A stretch of DNA of 64,000 nucleotides from Thermoanaerobaculia bacterium (GTDB taxonomy: Bacteria > Acidobacteriota > Thermoanaerobaculia > UBA5066): positions 96,001 through 160,000 of the forward strand of contig CAWFJJ010000008.1 of the NCBI GenBank assembly GCA_963816185.1, read 5' to 3'. This document shows positions 10,274 through 21,476 of this stretch, one piece after another. The first letter of the stretch is position 1; every line of letters starts with the position of its first letter. Under the pieces are notes generated by a model. It had not been told where the DNA came from and did not search any database. It worked only from the letters and a program-made list of their open reading frames with translations. The position numbers were made by a program, and so were the translations under genes.

Positions 10274-10933
10274 TCATGCCGCTTTCACGGCAACGAGCCA
10301 TGTCTGACCTCCCAGAAACCACCACGCCGGACGACAGAGCAGATACGCTCGGACGAGCCACGGCTTCTGGGGTAGGCGGCTCCGGGTCGTGTACGGCAAG
10401 AACCGGGGAATTACCTCCTGAACGGTGAACCCCGAGATCTCGCACGCTTCAGCCAGCGATCGGTCCGTGAGCGCAACATGATGGTCGATGAAGTTCCAAT
10501 AGGCGCCTCCGACGAGCCGGATGTTGGGTTGGAGGACTAGCAAGCGTCCTCCAGGGCGAAGCACGGTGCGGATCTCCGCGAGCGTCGTCTCCAGGGCCGC
10601 CTTGTCCGGGAGGTGTTCGAAGAAGTTGCTGCAGAACACGATATCGACCGAATCAGACGCCACGCGTGTCGAGAGCTCTTGGCTCGGAACGATGATTTCA
10701 TCGGTGCCGGTCGGCAAGTGCCTCCCGGATATCTCTTCGATGTCGACTGCAATCCTGTGCCGACACTGGATATGTCGAAGGAACTCTCCGAAGCCGGCTC
10801 CGAGATCGAGGACGACATCCCCCGCCTTTACGTATCGCTGGAAGAAATGTCGGCAGAGCACTTGCCAGACAGCGTCTTTCGCATCCCGCTCGACTTCGGG
10901 GAAGCGAACACTGTAGATACGGTCGCGTCTCAT
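10274..10933 (-). CDS. Class I SAM-dependent methyltransferase
   Basis: VLDLGAGFGEF, SNFFEHL, VLRPGGRLL. Confidence 0.88.
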   Translation of the reverse strand: MRRDRIYSVRFPEVERDAKDAVWQVLCRHFFQRYVKAGDVVLDLGAGFGEFLRHIQCRHRIAVDIEEISGRHLPTGTDEIIVPSQELSTRVASDSVDIVFCSNFFEHLPDKAALETTLAEIRTVLRPGGRLLVLQPNIRLVGGAYWNFIDHHVALTDRSLAEACEISGFTVQEVIPRFLPYTTRSRLPQKPWLVRAYLLCRPAWWFLGGQTWLVAVKAA

Positions 10934-10972
10934 CGGCTGGATCCATGAGCCGCACGTTTCACGGCTTGTTGG

Positions 10973-11782
10973 CTAGCGGTGGTCGGAATCGGTGCTTTGG
11001 CCAAGGGTTCTTACCCGTTTGTAGTCGCCCCGGCTGAAGTATTTTTCGAGCCAGACGTAGAAAATGATAAAGAGGTATCTGCTTCCCATCTCCTTGAGCT
11101 TGAGCTTCGCCTCGCCAGTCCGGCGATTCCGCCAAGTGATCGGCATCGTAGTCCAGGAAAAACCCCGAACGATGGCTTTGAGGGGAAGCTCAACGGTCAG
11201 GTTGAAGTGCGGAGAGATGAAGGGGCGGCAACCGTCGATCACACACCGGCGATAGGCCTTGAAAGCGTTGGTCGTGTCGTTGAGGGGGATCCTGAAGAGA
11301 ATTCGGATAAAGAAGTTGGCAAGCCGGTTCAGGCGGAGCTTAAGACGCGGATAATCAATGACCCCGCCGCCCGGGAGAAAGCGGCTGCCGAAGACGCACT
11401 CCCAACCTTCATTCAGCTTCTGCCAGTATCGAACCGCATCGCGACAGTCGTCGCTCTCGTCGGCCATTACGATCGCTATGGCGTCGCCTGTGGCGGCATC
11501 GAGCCCGCGCGCCACCGCACGGCCGAAACCGTGAGCGCCGTCATTCCGGATGGGCGTGACGACGCCCAGGCGGCCGCGCAGGTCCTCGAGAATCTCCGGT
11601 GTTCCATCGCTGCTGCCGTCGTCGACCACGATGATCTCGTGCTCGATGCCGTGAAGGCGAAGTTCGAGATGGAAGTGCTCCACGGTCGAGGCGAGGCAGC
11701 CCCCCTCGTCTCGGGCGGGAATGACTATGGAGAGTTTCTTTAGAGGTGGAAGCGAAGAGTCCGCCATGCAGGGTGTCGACAT
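10973..11782 (-). CDS. GT2 glycosyltransferase, DPM1/polyprenol-phosphate type
   Basis: LSIVIPARDE, VVDDGSSDGT, GFGRAV, MADESD, FGSRF, NDTTNAFKAYR. Confidence 0.88.
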   Translation of the reverse strand: MSTPCMADSSLPPLKKLSIVIPARDEGGCLASTVEHFHLELRLHGIEHEIIVVDDGSSDGTPEILEDLRGRLGVVTPIRNDGAHGFGRAVARGLDAATGDAIAIVMADESDDCRDAVRYWQKLNEGWECVFGSRFLPGGGVIDYPRLKLRLNRLANFFIRILFRIPLNDTTNAFKAYRRCVIDGCRPFISPHFNLTVELPLKAIVRGFSWTTMPITWRNRRTGEAKLKLKEMGSRYLFIIFYVWLEKYFSRGDYKRVRTLGQSTDSDHR

Positions 11783-11788
11783 GTCACG

Positions 11789-12859
11789 TCAACGATCGGC
11801 GCAAGTCTCGAGCCAGTCGGGATGGCAGCGTGCATGCTCGAGGATCTCCTCGAGAATGGAATCTGTGGACCTCTGGGGAGTCCACGCCCAGGCCGCGGCG
11901 GCGCGACCGGAATCGAGCACGATCCAGGGAATGTCATAAGAACGGGAGCGGGTGTCGACGGAGATCGCCCGCGGTCCCATACGCTCCTCGCACCAGCGGC
12001 TCAGCTGTCGGAGCGAGGTTGCCGAAGCGCGACCGCCCGAGACGTTGACGACGCGAGGCCGGAGCGCCCCGGATTCAGCGAGCTGACGCTCGATGAAGGG
12101 AACGAGATCTGCGGGATGAAGGCAGTCACGCACCTGATGGCCTTCGCCATCAAAACCGATGTATTTAAGGGGCGCTGCGCGAAGCCACGAGTTGATCCAA
12201 TAGGAAAAGATCCCTTGATCCGGTCGGCCGAACTGTCCGGCGCCTGCGAGGACGCCACAGCGATTGATCCAGACCGGAAACCCAAAGAGGCTGCCATATT
12301 CAAGAGCAAGGTGTTCGCTGGCGAGCTTCGTGACGCCGTAGAGCGAGACGGGAGGAGCGGTCGAAAACTCTTCGGTGACCCCTTCGGGCCCGACGTGTAG
12401 TGGCCATGTCCGGGCAGGATCGAGCTCGAAAGCCTCGTTGACGACTCGGATGGGCAATGTGGCGAGCGGCGGAATGGAGTAGACCCGACTCGTACTCAGT
12501 AGGATAAAGGTGGCGGAGCTCCGACGGCAGAGTTCCAGAAGATTCAGAGTTCCGAGCAGGTTGTGCTCGACGAGCTGGCGAGAGGTGGTTCTCCCGTCGG
12601 CTGCCGCCAGCACACTGGGGTTCGCGGCCGCATCGACGACGGCATCGACGTCGGGCAGGCTCTCGACGTCGCTGGCAGATCTAAGGTCGCCATGAATCAG
12701 ATTCACACCGAGGCGGCGAAGCCTGATGCGGTTTGTCTCGCTGCCAGGCCGGGTCAGGTTGTCGATTCCCGTGAAAGTATGCCGGGCCCCGGCCTCGACC
12801 CAAGTTGAGATGAGCGTCGAGCCGACGAAGCCGCAGGCTCCCGATACAAGAAGCCTCAC
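11789..12859 (-). CDS. NAD-dependent epimerase/dehydratase (CDP-paratose 2-epimerase/RfbE-like)
   Basis: GTG start overlaps upstream TGA; GACGFVG, LSTSRVY, YGVTK, QVRD. Confidence 0.85.
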   Translation of the reverse strand: MRLLVSGACGFVGSTLISTWVEAGARHTFTGIDNLTRPGSETNRIRLRRLGVNLIHGDLRSASDVESLPDVDAVVDAAANPSVLAAADGRTTSRQLVEHNLLGTLNLLELCRRSSATFILLSTSRVYSIPPLATLPIRVVNEAFELDPARTWPLHVGPEGVTEEFSTAPPVSLYGVTKLASEHLALEYGSLFGFPVWINRCGVLAGAGQFGRPDQGIFSYWINSWLRAAPLKYIGFDGEGHQVRDCLHPADLVPFIERQLAESGALRPRVVNVSGGRASATSLRQLSRWCEERMGPRAISVDTRSRSYDIPWIVLDSGRAAAAWAWTPQRSTDSILEEILEHARCHPDWLETCADR

Positions 12860-13911
12860 GAACTTTCCCGCCGGCGCCACGCCTCGACGATCTGCCGGAT
12901 GGTCTCTTCGAGCGAGATCGTGACGTTCCACGCTGGAAAGTGGCTTCGCATCTTTCTGAGATCGCTGTAATAGCAGATGTGATCCCCGACCCGGTTCGTT
13001 TCGAGGTAGGTGAAGACTTGCCGTTTTCCCGTGAAAGCTTCTGTGAGAGTGAACGCTTCGAGAATGCTGCAGGAGTTCGCCTTTCCCCCTCCGAGGTTAT
13101 ATACCTCGCCGGCGCGGGGGCTCCGGATGAACTCGAGGATGAAGCGCGCGACGTCCACGCTGTGGATGTTGTCTCGAACCTGTTTCCCCTTGTAGCCGAA
13201 GATTTTGTAGTCGCGACCTTCAAGGTTGCACTTCACCAGGTAACTCAGAAAGCCGTGAAGCTCGACACCGGTGTGGTTCGGTCCAGTCAGGCAGCCACCC
13301 CGGAGGCAACACGTTGGCATGTTGAAATAGCGCCCGTACTCCTGCACCATGATATCGGCGGCGACTTTGCTGGCTCCGAAGAGGCTGTGGAGGCTCTGAT
13401 CTATCGAGAACGATTCGGGGATCCCCTCGGCATAAGCGGGATCCCCATAGTCCCAGCGAGTCTCAAGTTCTTTAAGGGGAATGAGGTTGGGCGCGTCTCC
13501 GTAGACCTTGTTCGTACTCAGGTAAACGAAAGGTGCTTGAGGGCAGTGGCGTCGCGCTGCCTCAAGAAGATTGATGGTTCCGACGGCGTTCGTGTCGAAG
13601 TCGTCGAAGGGGATTGCCGCGGCACGGTCGTGGGAGGGCTGGGCGGCCGCGTGAACGATGGCATCGGGGCTGAGGGCTGCCACGAGTCGCAGAAGGCCTT
13701 CACGGTCCCGCACGTCGAGCTCGTGGTGGACGAAACCGGGAACATCACGGGAAAGCCGGGCCTGGTTCCAGCGTGTGTCTCCGGGCGGGCCGAAAAACAC
13801 GGCCCGCTGGTTGTTGTCGACGCCATGGACCTTGAAGCCTGTCAAGGCGAGGTAGGCCACGACCTCGCTTCCGATAAGCCCAGAGGATCCCGTGACGAGG
13901 GCAGTCTTCAT
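12856..13911 (-). CDS. NAD-dependent epimerase/dehydratase (RfbE-like)
   Basis: [39 protein letters not shown]. Confidence 0.88.
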   Translation of the reverse strand: MKTALVTGSSGLIGSEVVAYLALTGFKVHGVDNNQRAVFFGPPGDTRWNQARLSRDVPGFVHHELDVRDREGLLRLVAALSPDAIVHAAAQPSHDRAAAIPFDDFDTNAVGTINLLEAARRHCPQAPFVYLSTNKVYGDAPNLIPLKELETRWDYGDPAYAEGIPESFSIDQSLHSLFGASKVAADIMVQEYGRYFNMPTCCLRGGCLTGPNHTGVELHGFLSYLVKCNLEGRDYKIFGYKGKQVRDNIHSVDVARFILEFIRSPRAGEVYNLGGGKANSCSILEAFTLTEAFTGKRQVFTYLETNRVGDHICYYSDLRKMRSHFPAWNVTISLEETIRQIVEAWRRRESS

Positions 13912-14039
13912 CGGCTATTCTCCGAAAAGGTAACGTAGTCGAAGGCGATTCTACGGTAGCCATGTCACTATCGCGGGCTGGTCGAGATGGGGCAGGGCTT
14001 CCCTCGCCGGGCCCCCGCGCCGATAATCCCGATGGCACC

Positions 14040-14232
14040 GCCCCGGTCGACTATCGCCAGCTCGTCTCCTGGGTTCGCGCGGCGACGCTGATCATTACGG
14101 ACAACGGCGGAATTCCGGAGGAGGCGCCTACGTTCGGGAAGCTGACCCTCGTCGTTCGAGACACCACGGAGCGGCCGGAAAGGATCGAGGCCGGCATAGC
14201 ACGTCTCGTCGGAACGGACGAGGATCGGATCT
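14040..14232 (+). pseudogene. wecB: C-terminal fragment of UDP-GlcNAc 2-epimerase (non-hydrolysing)
   Basis: ITDNGGIPEEAPTFGKLTLVVRDTTERPE..EAG..RLVGTD matches the canonical TDSGGIQEEAP.LGKP.LV.R..TERPE motif with substitutions; the N-terminal portion is missing. Confidence 0.8.
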
Positions 14233-14257
14233 TCATGCCATTCCGGGCCCCCGGCGC

Positions 14258-16721
14258 GTGATGGCTCGCCGACGTGGCCGCGACCAGGCGCCTCAATCGC
14301 CTCGTCGGGCGAGCACGGGACCGGTACCGACGCGGGAGGTCGCTCGTGCGACCGCTGTGCTTGCGCTCGCCCTCTCGATTCTGTTTGGAAATATCGTGTT
14401 TCTTGGTAAATCGCTTGTCTATTCGGACAATTTCAATCCGCTCGCCCCGGAGCCCCGGGCGGAGAATTACGGCGAACGGTTCGTTCCACCTTCAGTCTGG
14501 TTCGACCGGGGCCTGAGGCTGGATCCCAATTTTCACGACCCGGGGGCCGCACTTTACCAATGGGAACCAGCGGGCGAGATCCTCAGACAGTGTCTCAGGG
14601 CGCGGGAGTGGCCTTTTTGGGATCCATACGTCGGCGGTGGCGCGCCGCTGATGGCGAATCTGACCGCCGGCTTCTTCTTTCCGCCCTATCTCGCGGTGAT
14701 TGCGCTCGGGAACTCGTCGCTGCTGAAGAATCTCTACTTCCTGGGAATGCTTCTGTTGTCGGGTTCGACGTGTTACGCATTTTTGAGAAAGCACGGACTG
14801 TTCCGCGCGCCGTCGTTCCTCGGTGCGGCCGGGTGGATGCTGAGCGGCGGTCTCGTGATGAACGTCGGGTCGTTCATCGGACACACGGCATGCTGCCTTC
14901 CGGTAGCCCTCCTCGGGACGCGATGGTTTCTGGACTCGCCCAGCCGTCGTCGGGCGGCGGTCCTCACCCTTCTTTTCGCCTCGATCGCGCTGGCCAGTTT
15001 TCCCCCGGTTCTTCTTGGAGTTTTCGGATTGGTCGTTATTTATGTGCTCTTCGATGCCTGGAGCGGCCGCGGGACGGACCTTGCGGACGAGCGAGCCCGG
15101 GGTCTCCTCCTCTTTGGCCTCGCCTCGGCGTTGGCGCTTGGCGTTGTCGCGTTTTACTACGTTCCGGGTGTGGTTGCCATGCGGATGGCGCCGCAGCTTT
15201 CGCAGGTGTACGACACGGCGGCACGGGTTCATCTCGACCCAGTCGCGCTGGTCAGCCTGATTTCGCCGTACGTGCTGGAGCCGCTTTGGCTCTTCACCGT
15301 GCCGGGAGCCACCCGGCAGATCAGTCCGCAGTTGAGTTTCGTCGGTGTCGTGATCCTCCTTCTCGCGAGCCTGGCCCGGCCGCTCGCCGAAAGGAGGGCG
15401 AGGGCACTCTGGTGGACGCTGCTGGTGGGCGGGGGGCTGATTGTTCTAAAAGTGTTTGGCGTGCCGCCGGTGGAATGGGTGGCATTCCTGCCAGGGCTTC
15501 GGGCGATCCATTTCGCGCAGTATTTCGGCATCTTTCTCTGCTTTGTTCTCGCCGGGCTGGCGGCCTTCGGGTTGCAGGCTTTCGAGGAGGCGAAGGTCGG
15601 GACGAGGAGGCTGTACGGTGCGGCGTTGGTGGCAGCGGTCATGTTCGGGGGCTCGGTCTGGGTCGGTCAGAGCCTCGGGATCCTGCACAGCGCAGCCGCC
15701 CGGCGGTGGGTGATCCGAATGTCGATCCGGATGCTCGTGGCTGCAATAGTCCTGACGATACTCATTCTCGGTCGATTTCGAGCGCGATTTCGAATGGCAA
15801 CGGCGACGTCCGTCGTTCTGGCGGGAGCCTTTCTACTTGAAGCGTTCAGCAATGTCAGCTTTTCAAGGCAGTTTCGGTGGAATGTCTGGCAGAGTCCGCC
15901 GGGCTATGTTCGGTATTTGGCGGGCGCAAGGAGGGCTTGAGCGGGTGCTCCCCTTCGGCGCCCTTCCGGCAAATGCGAATTCGCCGTTTGGAATTTCGAG
16001 CGTTGAGTCCCTGATGGCGTTCAATCCGGGCCGGTCGTATGAATTCTTCAGGAAGTACTTCAAGTCGGATGAGCCGCTGTTTCTTCGCGGGCCGAAAGTA
16101 ATTCCGCCCGAGCCCGTCTTGGACGCGGCAGCGGTCCGTTTCGTGGCGATGCACGAGAGTGCCAAGGATCCGATCGAGGAGGTCCGTCGGCGCGGCTATG
16201 CCCTTCGTTACCGGGAGAGTACGTACCTGGTGTTCGAGCGGGATACCCTTCCACGCTACCGGTTCACGAATGACGTGGAATTCGCTCCGCCGGATGCCGA
16301 TCTGGGGAAGATGGCGGAGGCGGCCCCTCGAGGCCGGATTCGGGTCGAGGAGAGTCAGTTTGCGAGCGGGCCTGCTGAAAGTATGGATCGGGGTGGCATC
16401 GTTCGCGTATTGGAGTTCAATCCCAACCGGGTCGTTCTCGACGTCGAGGCTCCGGGACCCGGGCTCGTATATTGTGCCGACGCCATGGCCCCGGGGTGGA
16501 GAGTCTTCCGGAACGATTCAGAAACGCGCTTCATCCGTGCGAACTTCGCGTTTCGCGCCGTACCGGTCGAGAGGGGTCACTCGATCATCCGAATGGAATA
16601 CGAACCGCCGGGACTTCGACCGGGGCTGGTTCTGACTGCGATTGCGTTGTTGTCAACCGTGATCCTTGCCCGCCCGTACAGGTGGCCGGTCCGGTCGTCA
16701 CGGCTCCGCGACAAAAAATAG
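14258..16721 (+). CDS. YfhO-family GT-C membrane protein (frameshift near 15920)
   Basis: WPFWDPYVGGGAPLMAN..FFPP, many TM helices; ORF 15837-16721 supplies the YfhO-type tail PGW...RANFAFRAVPV..G...Y.P. Confidence 0.8.
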
Positions 16722-16744
16722 CCGGTGCCGTGCAGATGTTCCCG

Positions 16745-19000
16745 TCACTGTATATACCCGAGCGCGCGTAACCGGCGGATCTCTTCAGGGGGAAGCTCCT
16801 CACGGCTCCGTTTCGGGCGCTGAGCCGCAGCCCGGGTGCGAGCCAACCACTGCTCGAGCTCGGCCGAACACGGCCCCACCCGGGCATCGCTCATGGCGAG
16901 AGGCGCGTGCTCGCCCGGGTCAGCCGCCAGGTCGTAGACCGCGAGTTGGGGAGTCGGCCGGTGGAAGCGATCTACCGGCAGCGCGCTGTGGAGGCACTTC
17001 ACGTTGCCCGCTACGAACGCCGAAAGGTCGACCGGTCCCTGCGGCCCGCTCCCACCGACCTTGACTTGTGCGAAGAGCCCTCTGGCGGCGTCCGCGGTCT
17101 CCGCGGTACGAGGAAGAGACCTGCCGTGCAGACGCAGGCTCCCGTAAGGCTGCCCCAGCATCTCCAGGATCGTGGGTGGCAGATCGAGCGTGCTGACGCG
17201 TCCGGCGATCCGCGTTCCGGCGCCGCTCTGGCCGGGATACTTGACGAGCAGCGGCACGTGCAGAAGTTCCTCGTAAAGCGTGCGGCCGTGGTCGAATCCC
17301 CCGTGCTCGTAGAACTCCTCGCCGTGATCGGCGACGAGGATGATCAGGCTCCGCTCGTAGAGACCAAGGTAGCGAAGCATGTCGAGAAAGGCGCCGAACT
17401 GTCGGTCGGCGTGGAGGACCTCGCCGTCGTAGAGCGCTCGCAAGTGCGCCGTGTCCGCCGGGTTCTTGCCGAAGCCCTGGGCGAGAAAGACCTGCGGGTT
17501 ATAGAGCTGAGATGGAAGCGTGCCCGGCTGCTGGTCGGCAAAGACCCTGTCCTGCCCCTTCGGATCGTAGACGGCATGCGGATCGGAAGTGTGGATGTAG
17601 GCGAAGAGCGGCCGCTGTGGCTGCGGCCGGTTGAACAGGTACTGCCAGAAGAGACCGCGGGCGAGCTCCGAATAGCTCTTCGTCATCAGTCGGACATCCA
17701 GTGTGTAAGTGCCGAAGCCGCGCTCGAGACCGAAGGGCCTGCCGAGAGGCCACTGAGAGATGGCGGCGGTTTCGTACCCGAGCCGCGAAAGAAGCTCAGG
17801 CAGCCACGGCACGCCCTCGGCGGGAAGCCGCTCGCTGGCTTCGTCCATGCCGTGCTCGAACGGGTAGACGCCAGAAAGGATCGAAACCGTCGCCGGAAGC
17901 GTCCAGGAGGATGCGCTCCAGGCCCGCTCGTACGTGACCGCGTCGCGTGCGAAGGCGTCGATGCGGGGGCTCGTCGGCAGGCGCGCGCCATACGTTCCGA
18001 CTGCGTCGGCTCGCAGCGTATCGATGATGTACAGGAAGATGTCGGGTCTAAGGGGATGTGCCGTCATGTCCCCATCGCCGGACACCTCCGGAGCGGTCAG
18101 CTCGAGGTCCACGCTTGCCTTCGAATGCAACGGGGATCCGGAGTCCGTCTGCGCTCGCAGGAGCAGCATGCCGGCCGTCGCAACGTCGTCGACCCCGAAG
18201 TCGAGCGTCGATCCCGACAGCTTCGCCGCCGAGCCTTTCCAGATCGTCTTCCGGGAGCCTGCCCGCCAGAGGTCTACGGAGATCATCGCTCGAGGCTCCT
18301 GGGAACGCACGGCGCCGACGCGGAGGCGATAGCGCAGCCCGGCCGGCAACGGAATCGCCACTCCCTCGCCTTGAAGCATCACTTCGCGCGAAGCGCCCTC
18401 GCCGTTCAACCTGGACTCGGGTGCCGACGCCGGGCGCCCTCGTGGCACGACCGACAGATCGCCCACGACCGCGGCGAGCTCTCTCGGATCTCCGGGTCCG
18501 ACCACTTTCGAGGGGGCGGCGGAATATGCAAACGTCAGCTGCAAGTCGTTGAGAGGCGCCCGAAGGAGACTTTCCGGCAGCGGTACGCGCAGCTCCTGCC
18601 AGTCGCCGGCCAGTGTGACGACGGGCAGGGACGTGCCGTTCAGGATCGGCGTCAGGGTTTGCGGCGGTGCTTTCGGATAGGTAAAGGGAGCCAGGCGCGC
18701 GACCAGATCCACGTCGTGCGAGAAGGGCACTCCGAAGTAGACGTGCGCGGACCGGGCCGCCCAGGAGAAGCCTGACCAGGGCCCGGTCTTCTCGACTTGC
18801 TCGATTCCGTACCAGCCGGTGCCGAGCGTGACCTTGCCGGCGGAACCGTCGAATCGCTGATGAAAAGATCCGGGGTCGGAGTCGACGAGCTCGGCGTCGA
18901 AGGTGACGGCTGCATTGGATGGCGTTGTCCGGCGCCTGCAGCCGGGTGCGGCCAGAACGAGAAGCAGCGCGGGCCAGGCCGCCGAACGAGCGTCGCGCAT
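16745..19000 (-). CDS. Sulfatase-like (alkaline phosphatase superfamily) hydrolase/transferase, probable lipoprotein
   Basis: IIDTLRAD, SWTLPAT, DPH..Y, YDGEV, ADHGEEF.EHG...HG..LYEE..HVPL, LRALGY; N-terminal LLLVLAAPGC lipobox-like sequence. Confidence 0.85.
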   Translation of the reverse strand: MRDARSAAWPALLLVLAAPGCRRRTTPSNAAVTFDAELVDSDPGSFHQRFDGSAGKVTLGTGWYGIEQVEKTGPWSGFSWAARSAHVYFGVPFSHDVDLVARLAPFTYPKAPPQTLTPILNGTSLPVVTLAGDWQELRVPLPESLLRAPLNDLQLTFAYSAAPSKVVGPGDPRELAAVVGDLSVVPRGRPASAPESRLNGEGASREVMLQGEGVAIPLPAGLRYRLRVGAVRSQEPRAMISVDLWRAGSRKTIWKGSAAKLSGSTLDFGVDDVATAGMLLLRAQTDSGSPLHSKASVDLELTAPEVSGDGDMTAHPLRPDIFLYIIDTLRADAVGTYGARLPTSPRIDAFARDAVTYERAWSASSWTLPATVSILSGVYPFEHGMDEASERLPAEGVPWLPELLSRLGYETAAISQWPLGRPFGLERGFGTYTLDVRLMTKSYSELARGLFWQYLFNRPQPQRPLFAYIHTSDPHAVYDPKGQDRVFADQQPGTLPSQLYNPQVFLAQGFGKNPADTAHLRALYDGEVLHADRQFGAFLDMLRYLGLYERSLIILVADHGEEFYEHGGFDHGRTLYEELLHVPLLVKYPGQSGAGTRIAGRVSTLDLPPTILEMLGQPYGSLRLHGRSLPRTAETADAARGLFAQVKVGGSGPQGPVDLSAFVAGNVKCLHSALPVDRFHRPTPQLAVYDLAADPGEHAPLAMSDARVGPCSAELEQWLARTRAAAQRPKRSREELPPEEIRRLRALGYIQ

Positions 19001-19002
19001 CC

Positions 19003-20885
19003 CTACCTGTATCGCGATTGAAACGAAGGTCGGCTGTCAATGGAGGTAAGCCGCTCGACGATCCGCTTCGCCGCACGCGCCCAGGTCCACCTCTCCGTCA
19101 TTTCCACCGCGGCTCTGCGGCCGATTTCGGCAGCCTCGGCGCGGTTCTCGAACACGTGCCGCAAGAGCTGTCCGAGGTGTTCCGGATCCGGATCGGCCCA
19201 GGAGAAGCCGTCGTAGTAAGGGCAGAGGGCCTTCGCCGGGATGGTTCCGCGGACCCGGAGCGGATACGCGATCCCGGCGTGAAGGAATTCCGTGTGCGCG
19301 CCCCAATCGGTCGCAATCGTGGGCAGGCCGCAGGCCATCGCCTCCATGAGCGGCATGTCCCAGCCCTCGCCGCGTCCCGCGGAAACGTAGCAGTCGGCCG
19401 ACCGGTAGAGCGAGCCCAGCTCGTGGTACGGGAACTCGCGGTTGTGAATGAACGCGATGCGGCCGCCGGAGCCCTTGAGACGGAGCGCCTCGATCTCGCT
19501 TCGCACGCTCAGGCCTCCGTTCCGGTTGATGACCTTGCACACGAGGACGACGGGGTCGTGGCGGCGGAAGGTCTGGTTGAATACCTTCAGGAGCAGCTCC
19601 GGCGCCTTCCTTTCGCCCCACTCGAAGTTGGAGAGAAAGACGAAGTCGCCGTTGCGGATTCGGGTGGTTGCTTATCCGCGGATGGAAGTGGTCGACGTCG
19701 ACGCCGAGCGGCATCACGTGCACGGGCTTCGTAACGCCGCAGCGCACGAACCCCTCCCGGTTGAACGTGGTCGGAACCCAGACCTCGTCCATCGCGTTCG
19801 CCTGCCGCACCCATTCTTTCGGAAAACCATCCACCTCGAGCATGGTGTAGCCGATCCGGTAGCGGCCGCGATTCTTCCGGAAGACGTCTCCCTGCCCGTA
19901 GACCACGGAGACCGGCGGGTGCGAGGGCATCTTCCGCTGCCGGACGGCGTTCAACAGGTGGTCGCCCGACTGGTCGGGCTCTTCGAGCGGGAAGGGCGTC
20001 CCCTTGCCGTAGACGTACTGGTAGGCCACGCGGACGCCCTCGGCGTCGAGGCCGCGCAGGATCTCCCGGCAGCTCATCGCATAGCCGGTTGGGAAGTTCA
20101 TGATCGACTGCCACGCCAGCGGCCGGGTGTAGCGCGCCTCGAGCCGGCCGGCCCACTTGGCCCTGAAGGTCCGGCGGCTCTTCTTGAAGAGCCGGTTGAA
20201 GAGCCGTGGCGTGTCGCTGGTCGAGCCGTGCTCGTCGTGAACCAGAGTCACGGCGCCGCAGCAGACAGTCCGGAAGCCGGCCTCGCGGGCGCGAAGGCAG
20301 TAGTCGGTGTCCTCGAAGTACGACTCGAACTCCTCCGAGAGGTCGCCGATCTTCGCGATCACCTCACGCCTGATGTACGCGCAGGCGAAGACGATCCCCT
20401 GCACGTCGCGCGTGGCGGCGTACTGGTTGACGTTGGTCTCCAGGGATCCGATCTGCTGGCCCCAGAAGGTGTCCGGGAGGATGTACGTCCCGGCGTGGAT
20501 CAGCTTTCCGTCGGGGAAGACGAGGCGACAGCCGACGAGGCCGACGTCCGGCGACGAGTGAGCCGCCTCCCGGAGCTTCTCGAGCCAGTCCGGCTGGTGG
20601 ATCTCGATGTCGTTGTTCAGAAGAAGGACGTCGCTCTCCGGGTCAGCCGCGGCGATGCCGGCGTTGTTCCCGCGGACGAAGCCGAGGTTCCGGTCGTTCG
20701 TCAGGACCTTCAGCCACGGGTAGGCTTTCAGCTTCTCCGGCGTCTCGTCGGTCGAGCCATTGTCGACGACGAGCACCCGGGCGGTCGAGAGGTCGGTCTG
20801 CTTTCTCATCGACTCGAGGCAGCGCCTCGGTCAGCTTCCAGCGGTTCCAGCAAAGGACGATGATCGTGACGGGGCGCGCCGCCAT
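19003..20885 (-). CDS. Fused GT2 + GT4 glycosyltransferase (frameshifts near 20825 and 19655)
   Basis: VTIIVLCWN, VVDNGSTD, LLNND, YFEDTDYC (GT2); FEWGERK, RGEGWDMPLMEAMACG (GT4); assembled from three ORFs. Confidence 0.82.
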
Positions 20886-20889
20886 GGCG

Positions 20890-21174
20890 TCAGGCGTTCC
20901 GGTCGGGAGCGAGACGCTCCCACAGGAGGCGCATCTCGGTGGCGACATCGCTTGGCGTCAGGCCGGTCGTCTCGTGCCACCCGTCGAGGATGTCCCACGC
21001 GGCGGCGTGGGCCTCGAGCGCGTCGAGGTCCTCCTCGAAGAGGTTGGAGTCCTCGGGCGGGAGGAGGCGGTGCAGAGCGAGGAGCCGGGCCCGGAGTCGC
21101 TCGTTCGAGGCCGCGAGGGCCTCCGCGCGAGCCTGCCAGTAAAGCCTGCCGCGGTCCGTTCCGGGCCTCGTCAC
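20890..21174 (-). CDS. Small helical hypothetical protein
   Basis: Coupled to neighbours (GTGA overlap upstream, 4-nt gap downstream); typical codon usage. Confidence 0.6.
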   Translation of the reverse strand: MTRPGTDRGRLYWQARAEALAASNERLRARLLALHRLLPPEDSNLFEEDLDALEAHAAAWDILDGWHETTGLTPSDVATEMRLLWERLAPDRNA

Positions 21175-21476
21175 CAGCGGCGCCCGAAGACGCCCCGCAA
21201 GGCTTGCAGCAGCTTCCAGCCCTTCGAGCCGTGGAGCGCGGCGACGTACCGCTCGCGTTCGTCGAGGCGGTTGCGCAGGGCGGTCTCTTCCGAGCGGAGC
21301 TGCGCGACCTGATGCTCCATCTGCCGCATCTCCCGCTCCAGGCGCTTCACCGTTTGGCGTGCGAGGTCGCGCTCGAAGATCACCTCGTCCAGGCGGACCT
21401 CCAACCGCGCGAGGCTGGTTTCTTCTTCCGGCGCGGGGGTGCTGCTCGGGTTCGTCGTCGCGTGCTCGGCGGCCAA
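21171..21476 (-). CDS. Small stand-alone coiled-coil protein with C-terminal amphipathic helix
   Basis: Heptad-like LEVRLDE...LEREMRQMEHQVAQLRSEETALRNRLDE followed by SKGWKLLQALR. Confidence 0.7.
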   Translation of the reverse strand: MAAEHATTNPSSTPAPEEETSLARLEVRLDEVIFERDLARQTVKRLEREMRQMEHQVAQLRSEETALRNRLDERERYVAALHGSKGWKLLQALRGVFGRRW

